Source: the human T2T-CHM13v2.0 reference genome, Homo sapiens. From it: a DNA stretch of 64,000 bases. The notes under the pieces were generated by a model that worked only from the letters and a program-made list of their open reading frames with translations, was not told where the DNA came from and made no database searches. The stretch's first letter is position 1. Each line of letters starts with the position of its first letter. The DNA lies in assembly GCF_009914755.1 (NCBI RefSeq), contig NC_060947.1; one strand, 5' to 3'. A program made the translations under genes and the position numbers. Shown one piece after another: positions 1 to 15,905 of this stretch.

Positions 1-1242
1 GAGGGAGGAAATGGCATGAACAAAGTTGTAAAGAAAGAAAAAAATATCAGGAATGAATCAGGAGAAGATAAGTGGAACAGTTTAGCTTAGAGCATGTACT
101 GAAGTACAGAGACATAAATCTGGAAAGTATGTCAGGACTGTACAGAGAAGAAGAAGCTTTGTAGTGGACATTTATTGTTTAGGGCTATCCAGCATACATT
201 CATTCCCTCTTTTGGAAATTCTAGAGATGAATAAACTTTTCTCTCACATGGATAGTCTTGATAGACCTCTAATAAAAGTATCCTGCTCTCTCTAAGGGAT
301 GGACATGTGATCCAAGCTAGGTCATTTCAATGTTCTCCTGGACTTTGGGTTTTGAGCAGAGAGAAATAATGAGGAAAATAATTTCTTGATTTATCCATTT
401 TCTCCTTTGACTTGGATCACTAGATCTCTCCTAGTTCTCTCCTAGTTCATGTTCTTTTTAAGTGTGGCTCTCTTCAGCTGGTCCTTCAATTCTGTGAGCT
501 ACCTTGTGTTCTTCCAATAATATTATATTATTTTTTCTTTTCTTTTTTGAGTTTTCAGTTAGCCAGTTGGTTTTGTTGCTTACACCAAAGAACCTGATTA
601 AACCTTCAATGCAAGCCTGTTTTACATTGATAAAATTTTGAAGAAAAAGTTAAGGAGAAGAATAATGTTGTCAAGTTAGTGAACTAGAAAAGTATTCTGG
701 AAACACTGTGTTAAATGGATTGGAAAGCAGAGAGACTGAAGTGAGGGGGACCCCTTAGGAGGCTGTTGTAGTAGTTTTAGAACCAGGAATTGAGGACACA
801 GGCTATAGTGGTGGCAGTAACAATGAGAAATAAGAGACGTATAAGAGACGTTTTTAAGAAAAAAGAAGTAAAAGATCTTAGAAACTGACTTGATGTTGAC
901 TTTGGAGGAGATTTTTTAAAAGTCAGAGATCTTTCAGAGATTTCAAAACTAAAGGACAGGGAGATGAATGAGAAGTCTATATGAGAGACTGAGGAAAAAC
1001 AACTAAAGAAATATGATAAAAATCAGGGTTTTGCAACAGCATGTGAGCCAATGGAGGAGAGATTGACTACTTGTAGAGGATAATCAAAAGTGTCAGAAGT
1101 TGTGGGAAAAACCTAGAAATCAGGAAAGAAAAGAAAAAGTTCTCATAATCCTTCAGTTTAGCTGAAATCTCAGAAGAAGAAGTTTTCATTGTTGACTGGA
1201 AGAAAAGCCGTTGAATATAGCATTATTTGTGACCCTCTAGAA
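1..1242 (-). mobile_element. LINE-2 (L2) fragment, interrupted by an LTR33-like LTR; resumes at ~18991
   Basis: Degenerate L2 3' blocks, e.g. ttaggaggctgttgtagtag...tagtggtggcagt (~755-820) and gttgaatatagc...gtgacc (~1210-1235), continuing as gtagtttcagttgcatgg after 18991. Confidence 0.65.
160..603 (+). mobile_element. Ancient ERV-L solo LTR (LTR33/LTR16-like)
   Basis: Starts tgtagtggac; 3' end ttccaataa...ttagccagttggttttgttgcttacaccaaagaacctga resembles the LTR33 terminus. Confidence 0.6.
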
Positions 1243-1575
1243 GAATGGTTCTTAAGCAATTTTTGTTCCATGGGTCCTTTTAGCAGTCTTGTGAGGCCTA
1301 CAGACTCTCATAATAATGTGTTTAAATGTGTTAAACAAAACATAAAGGAGCTTTAAAAGAAACCAATTATGTAGAATTTCAGTTATCAAAATATTTTAAA
1401 CTTGGTCAAATAGTAAAGCATATGCCATTTATTAATGTATTGAATAATAAGACAATACATTTATTTATTTTCTACTGCTAAAACATCTCTGACTTTTAAC
1501 TGTATTTATTTCCATCATTCATTAGTTGTTGATAATGATGATGATGAAAGTGACAAGAAAGATTATGACTAACAT
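1243..1575 (+). mobile_element. hAT-Charlie DNA transposon (Charlie7/MER119-like), left end
   Basis: TIR-like gaatggttcttaagc preceded by ctctagaa (hAT NTCTAGAN target); subterminal gtcttgtgaggcctacagac...aaccaattatgtagaatttcagttatc. Confidence 0.7.
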
Positions 1576-2351
1576 TTGTTTTTCCTAATTTTTACTTTTT
1601 GTGGACACATAGTAGATGCATATATTTGTGAGGTACAAGAGATATATTGATCCAGGCATACAGTCACATCAGGGTAAATGGGGGTATCCATCACCTCAAG
1701 CATTTATTCTTTCTTTCTGTTACAAGCAATACAATTATACTCTTACTTATTTTAAAATGTGCAATAAATTATTGTTGACTCTAGTTACCTGTGGTTCTAT
1801 TAATACTAGATATTATTCATTCTTTCTCACTATTTTTTGAACCCACTAACCATGTCCCCTTAAAACTCCCACTACCCTTCCCACCTTCTGATCACCATCC
1901 TTTTACTCTCTATCTCCATGAGTTCAATTGTTTTATATTTAGCTCCCACAAATAAGTGAGAACATGTGATGTTTGTCTTTCTGTGCCTGGCTTATATCAT
2001 TTAACATAATGACCTCCAGTTTTATCCATGTTGTTGCAAATGACAGGATCTCATTCGTTTTTATGGCTGAATAGCATTCCATTGTGTATATGTACCACAT
2101 TTCTTTACACATTCATTTGTTGATGCACACTTAGGTTGCTTCCAAATCTTGATGGCGAATAATGCTGCAATAAACATGGAAATTCATACATACTTTCAAT
2201 TTGCTGATTTCATTTCTTTTGGGTGTATACTTAGCAGTGGGATTACTGGATCATATAGTAGCTCTATTTTTAGTTTTCTGAGGAATCTCCAAACTGATTT
2301 TCATAGTGGTTGTGTTAATTTACATTCCCATTAACAGTGTACAAGCTTTCC

Positions 2352-2732
2352 TCATATGGTTTACCTTTGTGTCCCCACCAAAATCTCATCTCGAATTGTA
2401 ATCCCCATAATCCCCATGCGTCTGGGGAAGGGTCTGGTGGGAGGTGATTGGATCATGGGGGCAGTTTCCCCCATGCTGTTCTTGTGATAGTGAGTGAGCT
2501 CTCACGAGATCTGATGGTTTTATAAGTGTTTGGCAGTTCCTCCTTCATGCAGTCTCTCTCTCCTGCCATCTTGTGAAGAAGGTGCCTGCTTCCCCTTCTG
2601 TCTTGATTTTAAGTTTCTCTATTGAGGCCTCCCCAGCCACGAGGAGCTGTGAGTCAATTAGATCTCCTTTGTTTTATAAGTTACTCAGTTCTGAGTAGTA
2701 TTTTTATAGCAGTGTGAAAACGGACTAATACA
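2352..2732 (+). mobile_element. MaLR solo LTR THE1 (THE1C/D-like) inserted in the L1MA
   Basis: tcatatggtt...gtgtccccaccaaaatctcatctcgaattg...gcagtgtgaaaacggactaataca; 5-bp TSD tttcc/gttcc. Confidence 0.92.
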
Positions 2733-5425
2733 GTTCCCTTACCTCCACATCCTCACCAGCATTTGTTATTGCCTGACTTTTGGATAAAAGCAGTTTTAAC
2801 TGGGGTGAGATGATATCTTATTGTAGTTTTGATCTGCATTTCTCTGATGGTCAGTGACATTGAGCATCTTTTAATACATCTGTTTGCCATTTGTATGTCT
2901 TCTTTTGAGAAATGTCTATTCTGATATCTTGCCCATTTTTAATCAAATTATTAAATGTATTATTAAATTTATTCCTGCAGATCCGTTTGAGCCCTTATAT
3001 ATTATGCATATTAATTCCTTATCAGATGGATAAGGGATATCAGAGACAAATATTTTCTTCTACTTTGTGGGTTTTCTCTCCACTTTGTTGATTGTCTCCT
3101 TTGCTGTGCAGAAGCTTTTTAACTTGATGTGATCCCATCTGTTGAATTTTGCTTTGGTTGCCTGTGCTTGTGCGGTATTACTCAAGAAATCTTTGCTCAG
3201 TGTAATGTCCTGGAGAGTTTCCCTAATGTACTCTTTTAGTAGTTTTATACTTTAAGTCTTAGATTTAAGTCTTTAATGCACTTTGAACTGATATCGCAAG
3301 ACATAGGGGTCTAGTGTCATTCTTCTGTATATGGATATCCAGTTTTTCCAGCACCATTTGTTGAAGAGACAATCCTTTCTGCAATGCAGTTTCTTGGCAG
3401 CTTTGTTGAAAATGAATTCACTGTAGAGGTATGGATCTTTTTTTCTGGGTTCTTCTGTTCCATTCATCTATCTGTTTATTTTTATACCAGGACCATCCTG
3501 TTTCGATTACTATACCTTTGTAGTACAATTTGTAGTCAGATAATGTGATTTCTCCAGTTTTGTACATTTTGCTCAGGACAGCTTTGGCTATTCTGGGTCT
3601 TCTGTGGTTCCATACAAATTTTAGAATTGTTTTTTCTATTTCTATGAAGAATGTCATTGGCATTTTGATAGGGATTGTATTGAATTTGTAGATTAGTTTG
3701 GGTAGTATGGACATTTTAAGAATATTGGTTCTACAATCCACAATCATGAAGTATCTTTCCACTTTTTGTGTCCTCTTTAATTTTTTTCATCAGTGTTTTA
3801 TTCTTTTTATTGTAGAACTATTTCACTTCCTTGGTTAAGTTCACTCTTAGGTATTTTATTTGTAGCTACTGTAAATAGGATTACTTCTTTGATTTCTTTT
3901 TTCAGATTGTTCACTGTTCGGTATATACAAATGCTATTGATTTTTGAATGTAGATTTTTTATTCTGCCACTTTACTGAATTTATCAGTTCAAATAGTTTT
4001 TGGTGGAGTCTTTAGGTTTTTTCAAATACAAGATCACAGCATCTGCAAACAAGAATACTTTGACTTCTTCCTTCCCAATTTAAATGCCCTTTATATCTTT
4101 CTCTTGTTTGATTGCTGTAGCTAGAACTTCCAGTAATGTGTTGAATAACAGTGGTGAAAGTGGGCATTCTTGTCATGTTGCAGATCTCAGAGGAAAGGCT
4201 TTCAATTTTTCCCCATTCGTTATGATACTGGTAATTGATCTGTCATATGTGGCTTTTGTTATGTTAAAGTATGTTCCTTTTGTCCCCAGTTTTTTGAGGG
4301 TTTTTAACATTAAGGGATGTTGAATTTTATCAAATGCTTTTTCAGCTTCAACCAAAATGATGGTTATTGTTTTTGTCCTTCATTCTGTTGATAAGATGTA
4401 CCACACTGATTTGCATATGTTGAACTATCTTTGTACCCCTGGGATGAATTTCACTTGGTGGTAATGAATGATCTTTTAAATGTGTTGTTGAATTTGATTT
4501 GCTAGTATTTTGTTGAGGGTTTTTGCATCAATGGTCATCAGGGATATTGGCCTGTAGTTTTCCTTTCTTGATGTGTCTTTGTCTGGTTTTAGTATCAGGG
4601 TAATACTGTGCCCATAGAATAAATTTGGAAGTTTGCCCTACTCCCCTATTTTTCAAAATAGTTTGGGTAGGATTGGTATTAGTTACTTTTTAAATGTTTG
4701 GTAAAATTCAGCAGTGAACCCATCAGATTCCAGGCTTTTCTTTGCTGAGAGAGTATTTATTACAGCTTCCATCTCATTATTTGTTATTGGTGTGTTCAGG
4801 TTTTGTATTTCTTCATTGTTCAATCTTAGTAGGCTGTGTGTGTCTAGGAATTTATCAATTTTTTAGGTTTTCTAGTTTATTGGCATATCACTGCTCATAC
4901 TATCTGCTAATGATACTTTGAATTTCTGTGGTATCAATTATAATGTCTCCTTTTTCATCTCTGACTTTATTTATTTGAGTCTTCTCTCATTTTTCATATT
5001 TAGTCTGGCTAAAGGTTTGTCCATTCTATTTATGTTTTCAAAAACAAACTTTTCATTTTGTTGATCTTTTGTATTGATTTCTTCATTTCAATTTCATTTA
5101 TTTCTGTTCTGATCTTGATTATTTCTTTTTTCTACTAATTTTGAGTTTGGTTTGCTCTTCCTTTTCTATTTCTTTAAGATGCACCATTTGGTTGTTTATT
5201 TAAAATTTGTTTAACATTATGATGTACCCACTTATTGCTATAAACTATCCTCTTAGTAGCCCTTTGGCTCTACTCTATATGTTTTAGAATGTGACGTTTC
5301 CTTTATCATTTGTTCAAGGAATGTTTTAATTTCCTTCTTAGGTTCTTCATTGGCCCACTTGTCATTCAGGAGCATCATGTTTTACTTCCATGTGTTCATA
5401 TAGTTTACAAAATTACCCTTGTTAT

Positions 5426-5540
5426 TTTTTAAAACCTTTTGTAATTATATTTCAGGTTATTTTAATTTTTAATTTTTGTGGGTACAATAGAAGGTATATA
5501 TATTTATGTGGTACATGAGATGTTTTAATATAGGAATGCT
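5426..5540 (-). mobile_element. Tiny 5'-truncated L1MA1-3 3' end inserted in the host L1 endonuclease region
   Basis: tttttgtgggtacaatagaaggtatatatatttatgtggtacatgagatgtttt is the same 3' terminus as at ~1590; host ORF2 resumes at ~5541. Confidence 0.7.
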
Positions 5541-8500
5541 ATGGATTTTTACTTTTATTTCACTGTGGTCAGAAATGATACTTGATGTTATTTTAATTTT
5601 TTCAATTTTTTGAAATGAAAATGAAAATGTTTTGTAGCCTAACATATGAACTTCCTTGAGAATGATCCATGTGCTGAGGAGAATGTGTATTCTACAGCCG
5701 TTGGATAAAATGTTCTGTAAATATCTATTAGGTCCATTTGGTCCATAGTGCAGATTAAGTCCAATGTTTCCTTTTTGATTTTTTTCTCTGGATGACCTGT
5801 ATAAAGCTGAAAGTGAAGTGTTGAAGTCTCCAGCTATTGTTGTATAGGGGTTTATTACTCTCTTAAGCTCTAATACTATTTGCTTTATATATTTGGGTGG
5901 TTCAGTGTTGGGTACATTTATATTTACAATTTTTATATCCTCTTGCTGGCTGAATGGAGACTTTTAGCATTATAAGATGATTTTCTTTGTCTTTTTTAAA
6001 GTTTTCATCTCAAAATCTATTTTTTTCTGATATAGGCATAGCTATTCCTGCTATTTTCTGGTTTTCATTTGCATGGTATGTCTTTTTGCATCTCTTTATT
6101 TTCAGTCTATGCGTGTCTGTATAGGTGACGTGTGTTTTTGGTAGGCAACAGATCTGAGTCTTGTCTTTTTATACATTCAGCCACTCAATTTCTTTTTATT
6201 AGAGAGGTTAGTCCATTGAAATTTCAACTTCATTGTTGATAAGTTATTACACATTCCTTCCATCTTATTATTTGTTTTCTGGTTATTTGTAGTCTTCTCT
6301 TGTTTTTTTTCTCCTTCTTTCCAGTCTTCCTTTTTGTGAAGGTGATTTTCTCTGATGGTATATTTTAATTTCTTCCTCATTATTTTTGTGTAACTGTTGT
6401 AGGTTTTTTGAGGTTGCCATGAAGCTTGGAAATAATATATTATAACCCATTATTATAAACTGATGACAACTTAACACTGATTGCATAAACAAACTAACAA
6501 GCAAGCAAAGGAAAAACTACACTTTAACTTCATCCCCTCACTTTATAACTTTTTGTTCTTTCTATTTATATCTTATTGTACTACCTATGTCTTAAAAAGC
6601 AGTTGTAATTATTTTCGATGGGTTCATCTTTTAGTCTTTTTACTGAAGGTATGAGTAGTTTCCACACCACAATTACAGTGTTCTGTAATTTTCTGTGTAC
6701 TTACTATTACCAGTGAGTTTTGTACCTTCAGATGATTTCTTCTTGCTCATTAACACCCCTTTCTTTAAGAATGAAGAACTCCCTTTAGTATTTCTTGTAG
6801 GATATGTCTGGTGTTGATGAAATCCCTCCGCTTCTGTTTGCCTGGAAAAATCTGTATTTCTCCTTCATGTTTGAAGGATATTTTCGCCAGATTTACTATT
6901 CTAGAGTAAAAGGGTTTTTTCCCTCCCTTTCAGCACTTTAAACGCCTCGTGCCACTCTCTCCTGGCCTATAAGGTTTCCACTGAAAAGTCTGCTGCTAAA
7001 CATATTGGAGCTCCATTGTATGTTGTTTCTTTCTTCTTGCTGTCTTGCTGCTTCTAGGATTCTTTGTTTATCTTTAACTTTGGGGAGTTTGATTATTAAA
7101 TGTCTTGATGTTATCTTCTTGAGGTTAAATATGCTTGGTATTCCATAACCTTCTTGTACTTGGATATTGATATCATTCTCTAGGTTTGGAAAGTTTTCTG
7201 TTATTATCCCTTTGAATAAGCTTTCTACCCCTATCTTTTTCTCTGCCTTCTCTTTAAAGCCAATAACTCTTAGATTTTCTTCTTAGAGGCTGTTTTCTAG
7301 ATCTGGTAGTTATGCGTCATCTGTTTTTATTCTTTCTTTTGTCTCCTTCAACCGTGTATTTTTAAATATCCATTATTCAAGTTCAGTAATTCTTTTGCTT
7401 GGTCACTTCTGCAATTAAGAGACTCTGATGCATTCTTCAGCATGTCAGTTACATTTCTCAACTTCAGAATTTCTGCGTGATTCTTTTTAATTATTTCAAT
7501 CTCTTTGTTAAATTTATCTAATAGGATTCTTAATTTCTTCTGTGTTATCTTGAATTTCATTGAGTGTCCTTAAAACAGCTGTTTTGAATTATCTGTCTGA
7601 ATGATCACATATCTTTTTCTCCAGGATTGGTCCCTGGTGCTTTGTTCAGCTCATTTGGTGAGGTCAAGTTTTCCTGGATGGTCTAGATGCTTGCAGGTGT
7701 TCATCAGTGTGTGGGCATTGAAGAGTTAAGTATTTCTTGAAATCTTCACAGTCTAGGTTGGTTTGTACCTGTCCTTCTTGGGGAGGCTTTCCAGGTATTT
7801 GAAGAGACTTGAGTATTGTGATCTAAGACTTTGGTCACTGCAGCCATATCTGCATTAGGGGGCACCCCAAGCCCAGTAATGCTGTGGCTCTTGAATACTC
7901 ATAGAGCTACTGCCTTGGTGGTCTTGGGTAAGATCCAGAAAAATTCCCTGCATTTTCAGGCAGAGACTCATTTTCTTCCCTTTCTTTTAAATGAATGGAG
8001 TGACTCTTTCTGTACTGAGCTGCCTGTAGCTAGGGGAAGAGTGACACAAGCACCCCTGTGATCACTACCACTGGGCATGTGCTGGGTCAGACCTGAAGTC
8101 AACACATTAGTAGGTCCTACCCAAGGCCCACAGTAACCACTCACTGGCTACCACCTATATTCATTTAAGGCCCTATAACTTCTACAATTAGCAGGTGGTG
8201 AAGCCAGAAAGGCTTGTGTCTTTCCTTTCAGGGTGGCCAGTTTCTGCTTTCTCCTGGCAGGTTCAGAGATGCGTCCAGGAGCCAGGGCCTGAAGTCAAAA
8301 ACCTTAGAAATCTACCTGGTGTTCTATTTTACTGTGGTTGAGCTGGCATCCCAGCCACAAGTCAAAGTTCTTCCCACTCTTTCCTCCCATTTTCATAAGC
8401 AGAGCAGTCACTTCCTGTGGTCACCATCTCCCCAGGCCTGTGGCAAATACTGCCTAGTTATCACCAATGTTTCCTTAAGGCGCAAGGGCTCTTCAGTCAT

Positions 8501-9740
8501 TTTGTGGTGAATGTTGCCAGGCCTGGGACTCTCCCTTCAGGACTGTGGGCTCCCATCTGGCCCAGCGTAGGTCCCTAAATGCCATTTAAGAGTCAAGCCC
8601 TGGAATCCCGGACCCCGAGGACCCTCTTCATACTGTTCCCCACTGTGGCTGTGCTGGTAGCCAAGCTGCAAGACAAAGTCCCCTTTATATTTTCCTTTGC
8701 TTTTATCAAGAAGAAAGAGTCTCTCTCTATATCTACAGCTACTACAGCTGGGAATGTGCTGGGTTATACCTGAATCCAGCATGTCTCTGATTCTCATCCA
8801 AGGCCCATGGCAACTACTTCCTTGGTACTCCTACTGATTATTCAGGGACCAGGGGCTTTTTAATCAGTAGGTAATAAATCCTGCTAGGACTGAGTCTTTC
8901 TTTTCAAGGCAGCAGGTTCCCATCTGGCCCAGAGTGTGTCTAGATATGCCATCCAGGTGCTAGGGCCTGGAAAGGGGACCTCATGACTTTGCCCAGTGCT
9001 CCACCTTACTGTGGCTGATCTGGCATTCTGGTGGCAAGATAAAGTTCTCAGTACTATTTCCTCTCTTCTGCTCAAGCAGAAGGAAGGATTCTCTCTTGTA
9101 GCTATGAGCTGAACTTACATTATAAAAGAAGAAAGATCTCAAATAAGCTAACATTGTACCTCAAGGAATCAGAAAAGTAGGAAAAAACTAAACCCCAAAT
9201 TAGTAGAAGGGAGGAAATAATAAAAATCAGAGTAGTAATAAATAAAATAGAGACCAGAAAAATAATAGAAAAGATCAATGAAATTAAGAGCTGATTTTTT
9301 GAAAAGATAAGAAAAATCAACAAATTTTTACCTAGATGAAGAAAGAGAGAAAACTCAAATAAATAATAAAATCAGAAATGAAAGAAGAGACATTACAAAT
9401 GATATGACATAAATATAAAAAGTCATAAGAGGGTATTATGAAAAATGACATACCAAGAAAATGAATAACCTATTAGAAATGGATAAATTCCTGGGCACAT
9501 ACAACTATGAATATTAAATTATAAAAAAATAGAATATTTGAATGGGACTATAATGAATAAGAAAATTGAACCAGTAATAATAAGTCATGTATCAAAGAAA
9601 AGCCCAGTGTCTGATGGCTTCACAGCTGAATTATATCAAATATTTAAAAAATAACTTACATCAATTTGTTTCAAACTGTTACAAAAAATGGAAGAGGAGA
9701 GAATACTTCCAAACTTGTTTTATAAGACTACCATTGCATT

Positions 9741-10637
9741 GGAGCCAAGATGGCCAAATAGGAACAGCTCCCGTCGACAGTTCCCAGCGTGAGCAACGCC
9801 AAAGATGGTGATTTCTGCATTTCCATCTGAGGTACCGGCTTCATCTCACTAGGGGGTGCCAGACAGTGGGCGCAGGTCAGTGGGTGCGCGCACGGTGCGG
9901 GAGCCGAAGCAGGGTGAGGCATTGCCTCACTTGGGAAGCACAAGGGGTCAGGGAGTTCCCTTTCCTAGTCAAAGAAAAGGGTGACAGACGGCACCTGGAA
10001 AATCGGGTCACTCCCACCCGAATACTCCGCTTTTCCGACGGGCTTAAAAAACTGCACACCAGGAGATTATAAACCACACCTGGCTCGGAGGCTCCTATGC
10101 CCATGGAGTCTCGCTGATTGCTAGCACAGCAGTCTGAGATCAAACTGCAAGGCGGCAGCGAGGCTGGGGGAGGGGCGCCCACCATTGCCCAGGCTTGCTT
10201 AGGTAAACAAAGCAGCAGGGAAGCTCGAACTGGGTGGAGCCCACCACAGCTCAAGGAGGCCTGCCTGCCTCTGTAGGCTCCACCTCTGGGGGCAGGGCAC
10301 AGACAAACAAAAAGACAGCAGTAACCTCTGCAGACTTAAATGTCCCTGTCTGACAGCTTTGAAGAGAGCAGTGGTTCTCCCAGCATGCAGCTGGAGATCT
10401 GAGAACGGGCAGACTGCCTCCTCAAGTGGGTCCCTGACCCCTGACCCCCGAGCAGCCTAACTGGGAGGCACCCCCCAGCAGGGGCAAACTGACACCTCAC
10501 ACAGAGTACTCCAACAGACCTGCAGATGAGGGCCCTGTCTGTTAGAAGGAAAACTAACAAACAGAAAGGACATCCACACCAAAAACCCATCTGTACATCA
10601 CCATCATCAAAGACCAAAAGTAGATAAAACCACAAAG
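9741..10637 (+). promoter_or_regulatory. L1 5'UTR with internal sense promoter and antisense promoter; YY1 site caagatggcc at 9746-9755
   Basis: Matches the L1PA2/L1HS 5'UTR, CpG-rich relative to flanks; function inferred from the family. Confidence 0.85.
9877..10185 (-). CDS. ORF0: L1 antisense ORF0, open, 102 codons
   Basis: MVGAPPPASLPPCSLISDCCASNQRDS...IRVGVTRFSRC matches primate L1 ORF0; ATG at 10185-10183 lies within track ORF 9877..10254. Confidence 0.7.
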   Translation of the reverse strand: MVGAPPPASLPPCSLISDCCASNQRDSMGIGASEPGVVYNLLVCSFLSPSEKRSIRVGVTRFSRCRLSPFSLTRKGNSLTPCASQVRQCLTLLRLPHRARTH

Positions 10638-11651
10638 ATGGGGAAAAAACAGAGCAGAAGAACTGGAAACTCTAAAACGCAGAGCGCCTCTCCTTCTCCA
10701 AAGGAACGCAGTTCCTCACCAGCAACGGAACAAAGCTGGATGGAGAATGACTTTGACGAGCGGAGAGAAGGCTTCAGACGATCAAATTACTCCGAGCTAC
10801 TGGAGGACATTCAAACCAAAGGCAAAGAAGTTGAAAACTTTGAAAAAAATTTAGAAGAATGTATAACTACAATAACCAATACAGAGAAGTGCTTAAAGGA
10901 GCTGATGGAGCTGAAAACCAAGGCTCAAGAACTACGTGAAGAATGCAGAAGCCTCAGGAGCTGATGCAATCAACTGGAAGAAAGGGTATCAGCGATGGAA
11001 GATGAAATGAATGAAATGAAGTGAGAAGGGAAGTTTAGAGAAAAAAGAATAAAAAGAAATGAGCAAAGCCTCCAAGAAATATGGGACTATGTGAAAAGAC
11101 CAAATCTACGTCTGATTGCTGTACCTGAAAGTGACAGGGAGAATGGAACCAAGTAGGAAAACACTCTGCAGGACATTATCCAGGAGAACTTCCCCAACCT
11201 AGCAAGGCAGGCCAACATTCAGATTCAGGAAATACAGAGAACACCACAAAGATACTCCTCGAGAAGAGCAACTCCAAGACACATAATTGTCAGATTCACC
11301 AAAGTTGAAATGAAGGAAAAAATGTTAAGGGCAGCCAGAGAGAAAGGTCGGGTTACCCTCAAAGGGAAGCCGATCAGACTAACAGCAGATCTTTCGGCAG
11401 AAACTCTACACGCCAGAAGAGAGTGGGGGCCAATATTCAACTTTCTTAAAGAAAAGAATTTTCAAGCCAGAATTTCATATCCAGCCAAACTAAGCTTCAT
11501 AAGTGAAGGAGAAATAAAATACTTTACAGACAAGCAAATGTTGAGAGATTTTGTCACCACCAGGCCTGCCCTAAAAGAGCTCCTGAAGGAAGCGCTAAAC
11601 ATAGAAAGGAACAACCAGTACCAGCCACTGCAAAATCATGCCAAAATGTAA
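10638..11651 (+). pseudogene. ORF1: L1 ORF1p (RNA-binding chaperone), in frame but with 3 nonsense codons
   Basis: MGKKQSRRTGNSKTQSAS...YPAKLSF...QNHAKM; stops TGA 10962, TGA 11022, TAG 11154. Confidence 0.95.
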
Positions 11652-11687
11652 AGATCATCGAGACTAGGAAGAAACTGCATCAACTAA

Positions 11688-15540
<3,853 letters not shown>

Positions 15541-15812
15541 ACAATGAGAACACATGGACACAGGAAGGGGAACATCACACTCTGGGGACTGTTGTGGGGT
15601 GGGGGGAGGGGGGAGGGATAGCATTGGGAGATATACCTAATGCTAGATGACGAGTTAGTGGGTGCAGTGCACCAGCATGGCACATGTATAAATATGTAAC
15701 TAACCTCCACATTGTGCACATGTACCCTAAAACTTAAAGTATAATAATAATAATAAATAAATAAATAAAAAGACTACCATTGCCCTGATATGAAAGCCAA
15801 ACAGGACAGTAC

Positions 15813-15905
15813 AAAAAGAAAAGAAAAGAAAAGAAAAGAAAAGAAAAGAAAAGAAAAGAAAAGAAAAGAAAAGAAAAGAAAAGAAAGCAAAGCAAAGAAA
15901 GAAAA
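15813..15905 (+). repeat. (AAAAG)n microsatellite inside the host L1MA ORF2
   Basis: Direct pentamer run. Confidence 0.95.

Larger units (their letters stand above)
1579..9112 (-). mobile_element. Near full-length old L1 (L1MA1-L1MA3 class): 3'UTR, decayed ORF2/ORF1, monomeric 5'UTR
   Basis: 3' end tttgtggacacatagtag...ggggtatccatcacctcaagc; ORF2 fragments in the track (3418..3762 [18 protein letters not shown], 4173..4355 [11 protein letters not shown]); ORF1-like 7348..7560. Confidence 0.9.

Noticed and set aside
421-850. Short tandem duplications (tctctcctagt x2 at ~425; taagagacgt x2 at ~831) and a ~38-bp duplication at 44078-44148
   Set aside because: Ordinary slippage events; not regularly spaced arrays and nothing CRISPR-like.
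15584-15617. G-quadruplex-forming G-tract
   Set aside because: A standard feature of all young L1 3'UTRs.
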